This document shows positions 1-11,703 of a DNA stretch of 64,000 nt, piece by piece. The notes below the pieces were generated by a model. The model was not told the DNA's origin. It saw only the letters and a program-made list of their open reading frames with translations, and did not search any database. How positions within the stretch are numbered: position 1 is the first letter of the stretch; every line of letters begins with the position of its first letter. Position numbers and translations under genes: made by a program. The DNA comes from Pseudomonadota bacterium (GTDB taxonomy: Bacteria; Pseudomonadota; Alphaproteobacteria; MPNO01), in NCBI GenBank assembly GCA_036339495.1, contig JAYZAW010000088.1, positions 4,588 to 68,587 of the forward strand, given 5' to 3'.

Positions 1-282
1 GGCGTCCTTGTCCAAACCCACGGCCCGCGCGGCCTGGACCGACAGCTTCGTCGCTATCATCTGCTTGATCAACGCCGGATAGATCGTCGACAGGGGAATG
101 GATCTATATTGTTCCGGCAGAGACCGTTGGGCAGACACCGCGTCGGAGCGGTGAATTTCCGCTCCGTTGACCCGCGCGACCACGGGATCTTCCGCCAAAT
201 TTCCCGATTGCGCCCAGCCGGAAGCGCCGAATAGCATCAACGGGGCAGCACAAACGGCCGCACGCAGAAAATTTACCGCCAT
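1..282 (-). CDS. Periplasmic peptidyl-prolyl isomerase/chaperone (SurA/PpiC-like), N-terminal fragment truncated by the window edge
   Basis: Reverse-complement translation from ATG (complement 280-282): MAVNFLRAAVCAAPLMLFGASGWAQ... with a signal peptide, then ...VVARVNGAEIHRSD..., typical of SurA-like N-termini. The frame stays open to position 1. It lies divergent to secA, as in many alphaproteobacteria. Confidence 0.4.
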   Translation of the reverse strand, partial: MAVNFLRAAVCAAPLMLFGASGWAQSGNLAEDPVVARVNGAEIHRSDAVSAQRSLPEQYRSIPLSTIYPALIKQMIATKLSVQAARAVGLDKDA

Positions 283-542
283 CTGAAATCCTTTCGCGAC
301 AAGCCGTCGCGCATCGTTAATGCCGCAAATGCGGCCTGAAGGGCCATTTCTCAACTCAATTTCAATATTAGAATGCATAACCGGGGACGGCTTTCGTGAC
401 AACCATTCCGTATGATTAACCACATGATTAACCAAGCTGAAGGGACCTATAATGTACTTCCTGACATTGACAGGCGGGGATCACCTGCCTATCTGTGTTG
501 CAGCTTACGTCTAGGAATATTGAACAGATTTAAAAAGGTAGG

Positions 543-3332
543 TTGATGCTCAGCCGCATTGCGCACAGCCTGTTCGGGAGCGCGAACGATCGGGTTGTAA
601 AAGGCCTCGCCAAAACGGTCGCCGACATAAACGCGATCGAACCCGAGCTGGAAAAGCTTACGGACGACGAACTCAAGGCCCGCACCGGCTGGTTGCGCGA
701 ACGCCATCAGGCTGGGGAGCTCCTGGACGACCTGCTCGTGGACGCTTTCGCGACTGTGCGCGAAGCCAGTAAGAGGACCTTGGGTCAGCGTCATTTTGAC
801 GTCCAGCTGATGGGCGGAATCGTACAGCATAATGGCATGATATCCGAGATGAAGACCGGCGAGGGCAAAACGCTGGTCGCCACGCTGTCGGTCTATCTCA
901 ACACGCTGGGCGGGCTCGGCGTTCACGTGGTCACCGTCAATGATTACCTCGCATCGCGCGATGCCGATTGGATGGGGCAGATATATAAATTCCTCGGCCT
1001 GACAGTAGGTTGCCTGGTCCACGGGATTGACGACCAGGAACGCAAGGCGGCCTATGCCGCCGACGTGACATACGGCACGAACAACGAATACGGCTTCGAT
1101 TATCTGCGCGACAATATGAAGTTCGAACTCGAAGAGATGGTGCAGCGGCCGTTCAACTTTGCCATTGTCGATGAGGTCGATAATATTTTCATCGACGAGG
1201 CGCGGACGCCGCTGATAATTTCAGGCCCGGCGGAAGACGCCGCCGAAATGTACAACAAGGTCGACAAGCTGATCCCGTTGCTCTCTCCCGAACATTGGGA
1301 AAAGGACGAAAAGCAACGCACCGTCGCATTGACAGACGAAGGCTCGCACCGCATGGAAGAGCTTCTGAATGAAGCGGGTCTGCTTGACGGCCAGCCGATG
1401 TACGACATTTCCAATGTGACCCTGGTGCATCACTCCAATCAGGCGCTCCGCGCCCACACGCTGTTCGAACTCGACACCGATTACATCGTTAAAGACGGCA
1501 TGATCGTCATCATCGATGAATTTACCGGCCGCATGATGGAAGGCCGGCGCTATTCGGAAGGCCTGCACCAGGCGCTTGAAGCCAAGGAAGGCGTTCAGGT
1601 TCAGAACGAAAACCAGACGCTCGCCTCGATAACATTTCAAAACTATTTCCGGCTTTATCCAAAACTTGCCGGCATGACCGGAACCGCAATGACGGAAGCC
1701 GGGGAATTTGCCGATATTTACGGCCTGGAAGTGGTCGAAATGCCGACCAATGAACTTTGTGTACGCGACGATCAGGATGACGAGGTCTACCGGACGGCGG
1801 ATGAGAAATATAACGCAATTCTGGAATTGATCTCCGAATGCAAGGCGCGCAATCAACCGCTCCTGGTGGGCACGGTCAGCATCGAAAAATCGGAACATAT
1901 TTCCAATCTGTTGACCAAGAACAAAATCGAGCACAACGTGCTGAACGCGCGTTATCACGAACAGGAAGCCTATATCATCGCGGATGCCGGTGGGCCCGGC
2001 GCTTTGACGATCGCCACCAACATGGCGGGCCGTGGCACGGACATTCAGCTTGGCGGCAACGCGGAAATGCGCGTCGAGCAGGAGCTCGCCAAGCTAAAGG
2101 ACGACGCCGAACGGGAACAACGCCGAACGGAAATCATGGCCGAGATCGAAAAAGAGGTTGAGGAGAACCGCAAGATCGTTGTCGAAGCCGGCGGGTTATA
2201 CGTCATCGGCACGGAACGCCACGAAGCGCGGCGCATCGACAATCAGCTTCGCGGCCGGTCCGGCCGGCAGGGCGATCCAGGCGTATCAAAATTCTTCCTG
2301 TCGTTGGAAGACGATTTAATGCGCATTTTCGGGTCCGAACGAATCGACACCATGCTGCGCAAGCTGGGTCTTCAGGAAGGCGAAGCAATCGTCCATCCCT
2401 GGATCAACAAGGCGCTGGAAAAAGCGCAGAAAAAGGTCGAAGAGCGAAATTTTGAGATTCGAAAAAATCTTCTGAAATTCGACGATGTCATGAATGACCA
2501 ACGGAAAGTCATCTATGAACAGCGAAAAGATTTGATGAAGGCGGACGATGTTTCGGCCACCGTGAACGATATGCGACACGAAACCATTTCGAACATGGTG
2601 TCACGCTGCATTCCGGAACGCGCCTATGCGGAACAATGGGATGTTGACGGGCTGCACGAGGAAGTATTGCGGATATTATCGCTCGATCTTCCGATCGCCG
2701 ACTGGGCCGGCGAGGAAGGCATCGCGGACGAAGAAATTCGTGAACGCGTTCAGCAGGCCGCCAACAGGCTAATGGCGGAGAAAACCGCGAATTACACACC
2801 CGAGATCATGCGGCTCGCCGAAAAAAACCTGCTGCTCCAACTGCTCGATCAGACTTGGAAAGAACATCTGCTGTCGCTTGATCATTTGCGCCAGGGAATT
2901 GGACTTCGGGCCTATGGCCCAAAGGACCCGCTGAACGAATATAAGCGTGAAGCGTTCAATATGTTCGACACCATGCTCGATGAACTTCGGGAAACAATGA
3001 CAACGGTGATGTCTCATCTGGAATTGCAATTCGACTCCGCCGAAAATATCGCATTCGACCGCGAACAGGGCGATATGCACGAAATCCGCAACGATTCCGC
3101 ATTCCAGGATGACGATGCCGCAGCCGGCGTTCATCCCGCGGCGATGGCGCTAAGTGGCGCCACGGTCGGAACGGCCCCCGACGAGATTCCGCCGGGCTGG
3201 GTTTTCAACGATGCGCTTGCGCGCCATCTCGACCCCAATGAGCAGGAAACCTGGGGGAAAGTGCCCCGCAATGCTCCATGCCCCTGCGCAATGGGCAAAA
3301 AATACAAGCATTGCCACGGCCGGGTCTCCTAA
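543..3332 (+). CDS. secA: Preprotein translocase ATPase SecA
   Basis: 929 aa. The N-terminus [12 protein letters not shown]...VVKGL and the DEAD-motor motifs ([12 protein letters not shown]) are present. The C-terminal zinc-finger [14 protein letters not shown] is typical of SecA. Confidence 0.97.
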   Translation: MMLSRIAHSLFGSANDRVVKGLAKTVADINAIEPELEKLTDDELKARTGWLRERHQAGELLDDLLVDAFATVREASKRTLGQRHFDVQLMGGIVQHNGMISEMKTGEGKTLVATLSVYLNTLGGLGVHVVTVNDYLASRDADWMGQIYKFLGLTVGCLVHGIDDQERKAAYAADVTYGTNNEYGFDYLRDNMKFELEEMVQRPFNFAIVDEVDNIFIDEARTPLIISGPAEDAAEMYNKVDKLIPLLSPEHWEKDEKQRTVALTDEGSHRMEELLNEAGLLDGQPMYDISNVTLVHHSNQALRAHTLFELDTDYIVKDGMIVIIDEFTGRMMEGRRYSEGLHQALEAKEGVQVQNENQTLASITFQNYFRLYPKLAGMTGTAMTEAGEFADIYGLEVVEMPTNELCVRDDQDDEVYRTADEKYNAILELISECKARNQPLLVGTVSIEKSEHISNLLTKNKIEHNVLNARYHEQEAYIIADAGGPGALTIATNMAGRGTDIQLGGNAEMRVEQELAKLKDDAEREQRRTEIMAEIEKEVEENRKIVVEAGGLYVIGTERHEARRIDNQLRGRSGRQGDPGVSKFFLSLEDDLMRIFGSERIDTMLRKLGLQEGEAIVHPWINKALEKAQKKVEERNFEIRKNLLKFDDVMNDQRKVIYEQRKDLMKADDVSATVNDMRHETISNMVSRCIPERAYAEQWDVDGLHEEVLRILSLDLPIADWAGEEGIADEEIRERVQQAANRLMAEKTANYTPEIMRLAEKNLLLQLLDQTWKEHLLSLDHLRQGIGLRAYGPKDPLNEYKREAFNMFDTMLDELRETMTTVMSHLELQFDSAENIAFDREQGDMHEIRNDSAFQDDDAAAGVHPAAMALSGATVGTAPDEIPPGWVFNDALARHLDPNEQETWGKVPRNAPCPCAMGKKYKHCHGRVS

Positions 3333-4309
3333 AGTGACCCGTTTCCCATCCCGATAAATTTTTCGCGGCGAAGCTGACGAAGCTTTCCGCCATCCATGTT
3401 CGCAAAGTCGCCCAGTGCGGCTTCAAACGCATCGCCGACCGCCTTAATGGTTTCGGCGGGACCACGATGAGCCGCCCCCAGCGGTTCCGGGATGATCGTA
3501 TCGATCACGCCCAGCTTCTTCAGATCTTCCGCCGTCAATTTCAGCGCATCCGCGGCTTCCTCGGCGTGATCTCCATCACGCCACAGAATTGAAGCGCAGC
3601 CTTCCGGCGAAATGACGGAATAGACCGCGTGCTCCAGCATCATGACCGTATTGGCCGCCGCCAGGGCAATTGCGCCGCCCGATCCCCCTTCACCGATAAC
3701 GGCGCTGACCAGGGGAACCTTGAGCCCAAGGCAGGTCTCAACCGAACGGGCGATTGCCTCGGCCTGACCCCGTTCCTCGGCGCCGATTCCGGGATAGGCG
3801 CCGGGCGTGTCGACTAGGGTAACCACCGGCAAATCGAACTGTTCCGCCAGTTTCATCAGGCGCTGCGCCTTGCGGTAGCCTTCCGGACGGGCCATGCCGA
3901 AATTATGTTTCACGCGGCTTTCGATTTCCGCGCCTTTTTCCTGACCAATAACAACCACGGACATTCCCCGAAATCGACCCAGCCCACCGACAATAGCGGC
4001 GTCTTCAGCATAGGTCCGGTCGCCGGCCAGTGGCGTAAAGGAATCGATCAGAGCGCCAATATAATCCAGGCAGTGTGGACGGTCCGGATGACGGGCGACC
4101 TGAACCCGTTGCCATGGCGATAACTTGGCATAGGTTTGTTTCAACAACCGTTCGACCCGGGTTTGAAGGCGCTCTACTTCTTCAGCTATTTTGATATCGC
4201 CGGTATCGCTCTGATGCCGAAGTTCTTCGATCTTGCCTTCGAGTTCGGCGATCGGCTTTTCGAAATCCAAAAAGCTGGGAGTGCGTGTTTCTGCCACTTT
4301 TTCTGTCAA
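3329..4309 (-). CDS. accA: Acetyl-CoA carboxylase carboxyltransferase alpha subunit
   Basis: 326 aa with [11 protein letters not shown]...PHCLDYI...[17 protein letters not shown]...GEGGSGGA motifs. Its stop overlaps the secA stop region (convergent) and its start overlaps the xerD stop by 4 nt. Confidence 0.93.
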   Translation of the reverse strand: MTEKVAETRTPSFLDFEKPIAELEGKIEELRHQSDTGDIKIAEEVERLQTRVERLLKQTYAKLSPWQRVQVARHPDRPHCLDYIGALIDSFTPLAGDRTYAEDAAIVGGLGRFRGMSVVVIGQEKGAEIESRVKHNFGMARPEGYRKAQRLMKLAEQFDLPVVTLVDTPGAYPGIGAEERGQAEAIARSVETCLGLKVPLVSAVIGEGGSGGAIALAAANTVMMLEHAVYSVISPEGCASILWRDGDHAEEAADALKLTAEDLKKLGVIDTIIPEPLGAAHRGPAETIKAVGDAFEAALGDFANMDGGKLRQLRREKFIGMGNGSL

Positions 4310-5265
4310 TTCTTATTCGCCATCGGATGGTGCGTACGAACCAGGTCCTTCAAGCGCTGATCCAGAACATGAGTGTAAATCTGAGTGGTCGATAGATCGG
4401 CGTGCCCAAGCATTTCCTGCACCGTTCGGAGATCTGCGTCATGAGCGAGCAAATGACTCGCAAATGCGTGGCGCAATACATGGGGAGATACGCGTGACGG
4501 ATCAATACCCGATTTCAGCGCCAGGCGCTTCAAAATCAGGGCGAGGCCGCTTCGGGTCAAATGACCGCCCGCTCCACGCGACGGAAACAAATGCGCCGAC
4601 GCACGCCCGACCATAAAATCTTCCCGGTGCGGAAGATAGGCTTCGACCGCCCGGCGCGCTGGTTCTCCGAGCGGAATGATGCGTTCCTTGTTCCTTTTGC
4701 CCACAACGCGCAGCATCTGACCATCGCGGCGCAGAGCGGATAGAGGCGCCGATACGAGCTCGGAAACCCGCGCGCCGGTGGCATATAGAAGTTCGAGCAA
4801 CGCGATCTGACGCGCGCCACGCGGACCTTTCCCATTTCGCGCCGAATTCAAGAGGCCGTTGACCTCGTCCTCACTAAGAATCTTCGGCAATGTGCGGTCA
4901 AGGCGAGGCGATTCCAACACAGAACACGGATTGTCGGCGCGCACGCCGTCGGTCTGCAGGAACCGGTAGAATTGACGCAAACAGGAAAGACGTCGCGAAG
5001 CCGTTCTGGGCGCTATTCGCCGTTTTGCAAGAAGAACGAAAAATTCACGGAGATCAGCGGTCTTCGCGGTTTCTGGCTTAAATCCCTGATTTTGCGAAAA
5101 TATTTCGAAATCTACCAGATCGCGTTCGTAGGATTGAACCGTATTGGTCGAGGCGCCCCGTTCGACAACCATCATTTCAAGAAATGAATCCACAAATCGC
5201 GAATGGGACGCCGCGCCACCGAGAAGTCGCCCAGTCCGCGAACGCGGCAATTCGGAAGTCTTCAA
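4306..5265 (-). CDS. xerD: Tyrosine site-specific recombinase XerD
   Basis: 319 aa. Catalytic motifs are [12 protein letters not shown] and [15 protein letters not shown], with an N-terminal SAM-like domain. It is translationally coupled to accA and to the upstream 616-aa gene. Confidence 0.88.
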   Translation of the reverse strand: MKTSELPRSRTGRLLGGAASHSRFVDSFLEMMVVERGASTNTVQSYERDLVDFEIFSQNQGFKPETAKTADLREFFVLLAKRRIAPRTASRRLSCLRQFYRFLQTDGVRADNPCSVLESPRLDRTLPKILSEDEVNGLLNSARNGKGPRGARQIALLELLYATGARVSELVSAPLSALRRDGQMLRVVGKRNKERIIPLGEPARRAVEAYLPHREDFMVGRASAHLFPSRGAGGHLTRSGLALILKRLALKSGIDPSRVSPHVLRHAFASHLLAHDADLRTVQEMLGHADLSTTQIYTHVLDQRLKDLVRTHHPMANKN

Positions 5266-7112
5266 AGCCCGGCGCCGATTGCGGCTTCGAGCGCCAAGGC
5301 GCGCGCTTCCGTTTCGAGCCCAACACGCAGCAGTGCCGAGATCACGGTCGTAATGGTCAATGGATTTGCGCCGGCAATGGGTTTGTCGCCAAGCGTCAGC
5401 AGCGACATCAAAATCGTTTCGCCGACGCGCTTTGCTTCGGAAGCATGGCGCAAAGCGAATCTTAGGGCGACGTCCGGAATATCGGCATTAATGGATGGCG
5501 CCACATCGACCAAGCTTGTCCATATTTCAGGGCCAACCGGCCGGCCGAGCGAGTCGAACAGGCTAAACAGCATCAGCGCCTTGGACTTCGCCACATCGCC
5601 GGAATTCGATTGAAGCAATTTCCACCAAGTATTCAAACGCTCGGGATCCCAATTATCGGCATCGTCATCCACAAGCATCACTAACGGCCATAACGCGATC
5701 GTCGCCGCCTTGGCTTCATCATTTGCCTCCGACTGCTGTTCGGCAAGCGCATACCAAGCCATAGCCCGCTCGGTTTCGCCGGCAAGGAACAACCCGGACG
5801 CGGCGTCCTTTGCGAACCAAACCAATTCAGGCGCGGGATCAATGGACCTGAGAACCGGCAGGCTGGCGCGCAAGAGAATATCGCGTCCGCCTCGTTCCCG
5901 ACCCAATTCCCAGGATTGACGTAATGCCTCGGCAATTGCCGTCGGTTGCCCACGGGATTCCGCGTCGCGCAAAAGCAACGCGCGACCCGTTGGACCCCAA
6001 ATTTCCACCGCCGCGGCAACCGGGTTGCGCAGCTGTTCGGGCGCGAACCGCATCGCACGATAGAGTTCGCCAAGTTCACGCGGCGACAACGCGCCAATCA
6101 TCATCGCCCGTTCCGCCGCGTCGAGCCGGATTTTGAGTGCCGCATTTGGGCTCAACGCGACGGCCCGCAATACCGCGGGGCGGCTCGACTGGATGACATC
6201 TTCTGGAAGTTTGAGATTTGCCGCCCGCATCATGGAAATATGCAAGCCATTGGGTTTATTAAGACTTTCGACAAGTGCGTCCTTGTCACCAGCGAGGGCA
6301 TCAACCAGAGAAAAGAATTCCGGACCCACATCCGTCTCACGCTCGCGCAATATATCGGCAATCATCGCCGATTTCGCATGTTCGCCGGCAAGCGCGAGAC
6401 AGAATGCATTCGCCTGCTGCCAATATAATCCTTTATGGCGACCGATCAGCCCTCGCACCTTGGCGCAAGCGCCGGAATTATCGTTTTGGAAATACAGCCC
6501 CTCGATTTCCGCCCGTCCCAACTGTTCGTCCACACTACCCACGGATGAAACCCGGAGCAGGCCGACCGCCGATTTCATGTCGCCAACGGCGGCAAGCCGT
6601 TCGACCCTCAGCGCCAAAAGACCTATTCCATTGGATTTTCCCTTGGGCGCGGTGGCCCGCGACAACAACAACCGAACCATCAAATCGCGAACAAAGCGCG
6701 AGCGGACGACGGGGGTCAGTCCGGGGAGCAGACGCTCAACCAAGGCCCTGTCCGTCCCTTCCCAAAGATTGACGCCGAATCCACCTTGGGATTCATCCAG
6801 CAAACCAACGGAATCCGAATCAACCGCGGACAAGGAATCGACCTCGACACGCGCCGCGTTTCTAGATCGGTCACGAACATCCGGAACGGTTTTCGACGCG
6901 GGGGCTGGAATAGGTATGAGCCGCTGGGAAGGCGACGGCGTAATGGGGGCCAATTTCACCGGAGGACCGACCTGCGCAGTCTGGGCGGATTTCCACGCGC
7001 CGACTTCGGCGGCGGCGGCCATTGGGGGCGCGGATGCCACACTTGCGGACAACAGGACCCAGCCACAGACAACCGCAACCCGGCGGCAAAGGTTACCGAG
7101 GAAAACGATCAT
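5262..7112 (-). CDS. Hypothetical secreted alpha-helical protein (616 aa), co-operonic with xerD-accA
   Basis: Long ORF with an N-terminal hydrophobic signal-like segment (VVCGWVLLSASVASAPPMAAAA). It is Ala/Leu-rich, with no catalytic motif recognised. Its stop overlaps the xerD start. Confidence 0.5.
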   Translation of the reverse strand: MIVFLGNLCRRVAVVCGWVLLSASVASAPPMAAAAEVGAWKSAQTAQVGPPVKLAPITPSPSQRLIPIPAPASKTVPDVRDRSRNAARVEVDSLSAVDSDSVGLLDESQGGFGVNLWEGTDRALVERLLPGLTPVVRSRFVRDLMVRLLLSRATAPKGKSNGIGLLALRVERLAAVGDMKSAVGLLRVSSVGSVDEQLGRAEIEGLYFQNDNSGACAKVRGLIGRHKGLYWQQANAFCLALAGEHAKSAMIADILRERETDVGPEFFSLVDALAGDKDALVESLNKPNGLHISMMRAANLKLPEDVIQSSRPAVLRAVALSPNAALKIRLDAAERAMMIGALSPRELGELYRAMRFAPEQLRNPVAAAVEIWGPTGRALLLRDAESRGQPTAIAEALRQSWELGRERGGRDILLRASLPVLRSIDPAPELVWFAKDAASGLFLAGETERAMAWYALAEQQSEANDEAKAATIALWPLVMLVDDDADNWDPERLNTWWKLLQSNSGDVAKSKALMLFSLFDSLGRPVGPEIWTSLVDVAPSINADIPDVALRFALRHASEAKRVGETILMSLLTLGDKPIAGANPLTITTVISALLRVGLETEARALALEAAIGAGL

Positions 7113-7467
7113 CGGGAATTACCTTTTCGACAACTTTTGAAGGTGGTGGAATGTCCCATGTCGCGAGGAATGCCGCGCCGACAAATAGAAACACCACGAT
7201 GACGGCAATAATGGCGGTGGTCAATTTTCTCATACAAATCCCCGGCCAAGAGGCGGAATGCCGCAATACCCCACCACCGTTCCCCTCACGTCACTGGCCG
7301 TTTGTCCGCGACATGTTGGAGAATTCATTTTATATTGAGCCGATAATGTCGAACTGTGGCGATTTTACGGCAGTGTACAGTCTGGTTCCGCTGCTTTCAA
7401 CGACGGCTGAACCGCGCAACGCTTGCGGTCACGGGAAGTATATACTCCGAATCATGCCTATCGGAAA

Positions 7468-8046
7468 ATGAACCAATCTCAAAACATTCCCGCACTACCG
7501 ACGATACCGCGGACCTTGGTTTTGGTGGGGCTCATGGGCGCGGGTAAAACCTGCATCGGCCGTGAACTGGCCAATCGGCTCGGGTTGCCTTTCGTGGACG
7601 CCGACACTGAGATTGAAACAGCGGCCGGCTGTTCGATTGAAGATATATTCAATATGTATGGCGAAGTGGAATTTCGCGCCGGAGAACGACGGGTCATAGC
7701 CCGCTTAATGAATGATCCCGTGCACATTCTTGCCACGGGCGGCGGCGCGTTCCTGGATACAAAAACCCGTGAACTTGTCCGGGAAAAAGGTATTTCGATT
7801 TGGCTGCGAGCGAGCCTTGATCTGTTGGTGGACCGCGTGTCGCGCCGCACCAATCGTCCTCTACTCAAAGACGGTAATCAGCGCGAAATTCTTGAGCGTT
7901 TGATGGAAGAGCGTTATCCCACATATGAACAAGCCGACATCGTCGTCGATAGCGGGCGCGAGCCGCCGGAAATCACCGCTGACAGGGTGGTCGGAGAACT
8001 GCAAAATTACGCGGCCCCGACAGGGGTAGAGGCGCAAGACTCATGA
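7468..8046 (+). CDS. aroK: Shikimate kinase
   Basis: P-loop LVGLMGAGKTCIGRELA and ...LPFVDAD... are present. I chose the internal ATG at 7468, where the ORF-track start at 7423 adds a 15-aa unlikely leader. A 4-nt overlap with aroB follows. Confidence 0.9.
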   Translation: MNQSQNIPALPTIPRTLVLVGLMGAGKTCIGRELANRLGLPFVDADTEIETAAGCSIEDIFNMYGEVEFRAGERRVIARLMNDPVHILATGGGAFLDTKTRELVREKGISIWLRASLDLLVDRVSRRTNRPLLKDGNQREILERLMEERYPTYEQADIVVDSGREPPEITADRVVGELQNYAAPTGVEAQDS

Positions 8047-9158
8047 AGGCAATCAATACGGTTCACGTCGCTTTGGACAACCGGTCTTATGACGTTGTCA
8101 TCGGACCGGGGTTGATTGGGGAAGCCGGACAACGGCTTAAAGTGCTTGCTGGATCGAATCCTATCGTGGTCGTCACCGATAAAAATGTTGCGGGTCTGCA
8201 TCTTGAAATATTGTGTGGTGCACTGGACGATGCGGGAATTCCTCATCACGAGATCATCCTTCCGGCAGGAGAACAGACCAAAGATTTCGGCCACCTCCAA
8301 AATCTTATGGAAGCGGTGCTCGACCTGCGGCCAGACCGCGGCTGGTCTCTTCTCGCGCTGGGTGGTGGAGTAATCGGCGACATCGTCGGCGTGGCGGCAA
8401 GTTTGGTATTGCGCGGCATCGGGTTCATTCAGGCGCCGACAACGCTGCTTGCCCAGGTCGACAGTTCAGTCGGAGGAAAAACAGCGGTCAACTCGCGGCA
8501 TGGCAAAAATCTCGTGGGCAGTTTTTATCAGCCGCAACTGGTTTTGGCCGACACCGAAACCTTGGATACTCTCGACCGGCGTGAACTCCTCGCCGGATAC
8601 GGCGAAGTGGTCAAATACGGATTACTCGGCGACCGGAAGTTCTTCGATTGGCTGACCGAGAACGGCGTAGACTTGATCGAAGGCAATGCGGACGCTCGCC
8701 GCCATGCGGTTATGACGAGCTGCGCCGCCAAAGCGGCAATTGTTGCGGAGGACGAACGAGAGCTTGGCCGGCGCGCATTGTTGAATCTAGGGCACACATT
8801 CGGACACGCGTTGGAAGCAGAAACCGGATATAGCCGGAATTTGCTGCATGGAGAGGCGGTCGCCATCGGTAGCATTTTAGCGTTTGAGCTTTCCGAAGCG
8901 TTGGGACTTTGCGCGCATAAGGATGTGGCGACGGTGCGCAGGCATTTTAAAAAAATCGGGCTGCCAACGAATATCAGCGATATTCCCACTCCGATCAGAG
9001 ATCCGCTCGCGTTACTCCGCCATATGCGCCAGGACAAAAAAATAAAAGACGGCAAACTACGATTTATACTGGCGCGGGGAATTGGCGATGCGTTTATCGC
9101 CGAAAATATCGATGAGGGCAAAGTTGCCGATTTGCTGGAAACCGCAGTCGCCGCCTGA
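8043..9158 (+). CDS. aroB: 3-dehydroquinate synthase
   Basis: 371 aa with GGGVIGDIVGVAA...QAPTTLLAQVDSSVGGKTAVN and NLGHTFGHALE motifs. Confidence 0.93.
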   Translation: MKAINTVHVALDNRSYDVVIGPGLIGEAGQRLKVLAGSNPIVVVTDKNVAGLHLEILCGALDDAGIPHHEIILPAGEQTKDFGHLQNLMEAVLDLRPDRGWSLLALGGGVIGDIVGVAASLVLRGIGFIQAPTTLLAQVDSSVGGKTAVNSRHGKNLVGSFYQPQLVLADTETLDTLDRRELLAGYGEVVKYGLLGDRKFFDWLTENGVDLIEGNADARRHAVMTSCAAKAAIVAEDERELGRRALLNLGHTFGHALEAETGYSRNLLHGEAVAIGSILAFELSEALGLCAHKDVATVRRHFKKIGLPTNISDIPTPIRDPLALLRHMRQDKKIKDGKLRFILARGIGDAFIAENIDEGKVADLLETAVAA

Positions 9159-9207
9159 TGGCACAAATTAAAACACACATGCCTCAATTGTTCCGACATA
9201 GGCCTGT

Positions 9208-10518
9208 TTGAGAATGGAAACGGTAACCCTTCTCGCATTGGGTGGAATCGTCATCCTTTTGCTGCTATCGGGATTCTTCTCCGGGTCCGAAACCGCGCTC
9301 ACGGCGGCATCCCGACCGCGAATGCACCAGCTCGAAACCGAAGGCAACAAGCGGGCAAAACTTGTCAACGGAATGCGTGATCATCGCGACCGGATGATCG
9401 CGGCCATCCTGCTCGGAAATAATTTGGTAAATATTCTAGCGTCCGCTCTAGCGACCAGCATTTTGATCACCTCTTTCGGCGAAGCGGGCATCGTTTACGC
9501 GACCGCCGCCATGACCGTGCTGATCCTGATTTTTGGTGAAATACTTCCTAAAACATATGCCTTTCGTAATGCCGACCGGGCGGCGTTGACCCTGGCGCCG
9601 ACACTGCGCGTGGTCATTGCGGTTCTGGCGCCCATCTCGGATACGGTCCAGGCAATTATCCGGATTACCTTTCGGTTATTTGGCGTGGATTTAAAGCATG
9701 GTGAGGAATGGGCCGCGACCGAGGAGGAACTTCGCGGCGCAATTGAGCTACATGACGAAGGACCGGAGAGCCGTCAGCAAAGAGCCATGCTGCGCAGCAT
9801 TCTTGATCTTGACGATGTCGAGGTGGAGATGGTGATGCGCCACCGCACCGATATCGCCACAATCGATGCGGACCTGCCGACTGGCGATATCGTCGCACAA
9901 GCTCTGGATAGCCCTTATACGCGGATACCGCTGTGGCGCGAAGAGCCCGACAACATCATCGGGATTTTGCACGCCAAGGCCCTGCTCCGCGCGATTAGCG
10001 AACATCGCGGCGAGTTGGAACATTTGTCGCTGGACAGCATCGTCACGCCGCCATGGTTTATTCCGGAAACGACAACGCTTTTGGAGCAGCTTCAGGCTTT
10101 CCGACGCCGACGTGAACATTTTGCACTGGTCGTTGACGAATATGGCTCACTTATGGGCGTCGTGACATTGGAAGACATTCTGGAAGAAATTGTCGGCGAT
10201 ATCGCCGACGAACATGACGTTGTCCCAATCGGCGTGCGACCACAGCGCGATGGATCATATCTGGTCGATGGAAGCGTCACCATCCGTGATCTCAACCGCC
10301 AATTCGAATGGCGTTTGCCGGACCAAGACGCCGCAACCATTGCCGGGCTGGTGCTACACGAAGCCAAGGTCATCCCCGAAGTGGGACAAATTTTCATATT
10401 TCACGATTTCCGTTTTGAAATCATCCGCCGGCAACGCAACCAGATCACATTGATCCGAATTTCACCGCCCGCGGGCGGAATTTCCGGCGGGTCCGCGGCG
10501 GACGAAACAGCAAGCTAA
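9208..10518 (+). CDS. CNNM/HlyC-CorC family transporter (DUF21 + CBS pair + CorC_HlyC; TlyC-like hemolysin family)
   Basis: 436 aa. An N-terminal multi-TM DUF21 segment (LLLSGFFSGSETALTAAS) is followed by a CBS pair and a C-terminal transporter-associated domain. Confidence 0.8.
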   Translation: MRMETVTLLALGGIVILLLLSGFFSGSETALTAASRPRMHQLETEGNKRAKLVNGMRDHRDRMIAAILLGNNLVNILASALATSILITSFGEAGIVYATAAMTVLILIFGEILPKTYAFRNADRAALTLAPTLRVVIAVLAPISDTVQAIIRITFRLFGVDLKHGEEWAATEEELRGAIELHDEGPESRQQRAMLRSILDLDDVEVEMVMRHRTDIATIDADLPTGDIVAQALDSPYTRIPLWREEPDNIIGILHAKALLRAISEHRGELEHLSLDSIVTPPWFIPETTTLLEQLQAFRRRREHFALVVDEYGSLMGVVTLEDILEEIVGDIADEHDVVPIGVRPQRDGSYLVDGSVTIRDLNRQFEWRLPDQDAATIAGLVLHEAKVIPEVGQIFIFHDFRFEIIRRQRNQITLIRISPPAGGISGGSAADETAS

Positions 10519-10538
10519 ACGGGATCGGTAAAATTGCG

Positions 10539-11585
10539 ATGACGAAACCCGATCAACGTTCCATTGGAGTATGGTTGCTTGGCGTCGCCTTGATGACTTT
10601 CGTCATGGTGATTTTAGGTGGGGTAACGCGGCTCACCGACTCGGGACTGTCGATGGTCGACTGGCAGCCGGTCACGGGACTTTTGCCGCCATTGTCGGAT
10701 GAAGCGTGGCGAGACGCATTCAATATGTACAAGAAATCACCGGAATTCATCAAAGTGAATTTCTGGATGACATTGTCCGATTTCAAATCAATTTACTGGA
10801 TGGAGTTTATCCATCGCGTTTGGGGTCGGGCGATCGGCATCGCGTTTCTATTGCCATGCATATATTTCATGGCGCGCCGGCGTATCGGCGCCCGTCTGAT
10901 GCCTAAACTTATCTTCGCTTTCATTCTAGGCGGATTACAGGGCGTTCTCGGGTGGTACATGGTTAAAAGCGGGTTGGTCGACCGGCCCGACGTCAGCCAG
11001 TACCGGCTGGCCGCCCATCTCGGACTCGCGATTGTCATCTATCTGTATCTGCTATGGCTCGCGCTCAACCTATTTGTTCCAAGGGGAAAATCGGGCGCGA
11101 AATTCGCATTGAATGGGCTGCGGACTTATGCGGGTGTGATCATGTTCTGGGCCTTTACGACGGCGATCTGGGGCGCTTTCGTTGCCGGGATCGATGCGGG
11201 GCATACATACAATACCTTTCCGCTCATGGGTGATCATTTCGTCCCTGATGGTATGTTCTCACTGGAGCCATGGTTGATCAATTTCTTTGAAAATGCGACA
11301 ACGGTCCAGTTCACCCATCGGATTCTTGCGATTTCGTTATGGCTGATCGTAATCGGGTTCTGGGTATGCGCCATGCGAGGTCCCGCACATGGACAAATTC
11401 GTTTGGCGTCGTCAATTTTAGCGGTGGTTGCAACCTGCCAGGCCGGTCTCGGCATTGCGACGTTGCTCAGTGACGTAATGATCGAAATCGCGGCATCGCA
11501 CCAAGCCGGCGCGCTGCTGTTGCTTACCTGCGCAATTTGGGCAATGTTTGAAACATTTCCGACGCTTGACCCAGGTCGATATTGA
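10539..11585 (+). CDS. ctaA: Heme A synthase (COX15/CtaA)
   Basis: 348 aa polytopic membrane protein with conserved His motifs (EFIHRVWGR, QFTHRILA) typical of the COX15/CtaA family. Confidence 0.85.
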   Translation: MTKPDQRSIGVWLLGVALMTFVMVILGGVTRLTDSGLSMVDWQPVTGLLPPLSDEAWRDAFNMYKKSPEFIKVNFWMTLSDFKSIYWMEFIHRVWGRAIGIAFLLPCIYFMARRRIGARLMPKLIFAFILGGLQGVLGWYMVKSGLVDRPDVSQYRLAAHLGLAIVIYLYLLWLALNLFVPRGKSGAKFALNGLRTYAGVIMFWAFTTAIWGAFVAGIDAGHTYNTFPLMGDHFVPDGMFSLEPWLINFFENATTVQFTHRILAISLWLIVIGFWVCAMRGPAHGQIRLASSILAVVATCQAGLGIATLLSDVMIEIAASHQAGALLLLTCAIWAMFETFPTLDPGRY

Positions 11586-11671
11586 GGCTAACAATCCCGC
11601 CACCGTGGTGATTTGAGCCGGCCGGCTTGCGACCACGTTAAAAAATCGCGCTAAAAGGCCGGAGGGTAGAT

Positions 11672-11703
11672 CCCCCGGTTTTCATTGGCCGGGGGTTTTT
11701 ATT
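11672..11703 (+). terminator. Rho-independent terminator-like hairpin (cccccgg-N10-ccggggg followed by a T-run) between ctaA and metZ
   Basis: Perfect 7-bp GC stem at 11672-11678 and 11689-11695, followed by TTTTTATTT. It lies 87 nt after the ctaA stop and 30 nt before the metZ ATG. Confidence 0.6.

Noticed and set aside
489-1022. 177-aa minus-strand ORF overlapping the 5' end of secA
   Set aside because: It is entirely antisense to the strongly supported secA gene and has no recognisable domain. This is a typical spurious ORF in high-GC DNA.
4306-5265. XerD as evidence for an integrated mobile element
   Set aside because: It has full-length XerD-type catalytic motifs and sits in the conserved xerD-accA-secA housekeeping arrangement. 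No flanking repeats, tRNA or phage genes are present, so it is the chromosomal dimer-resolution recombinase.
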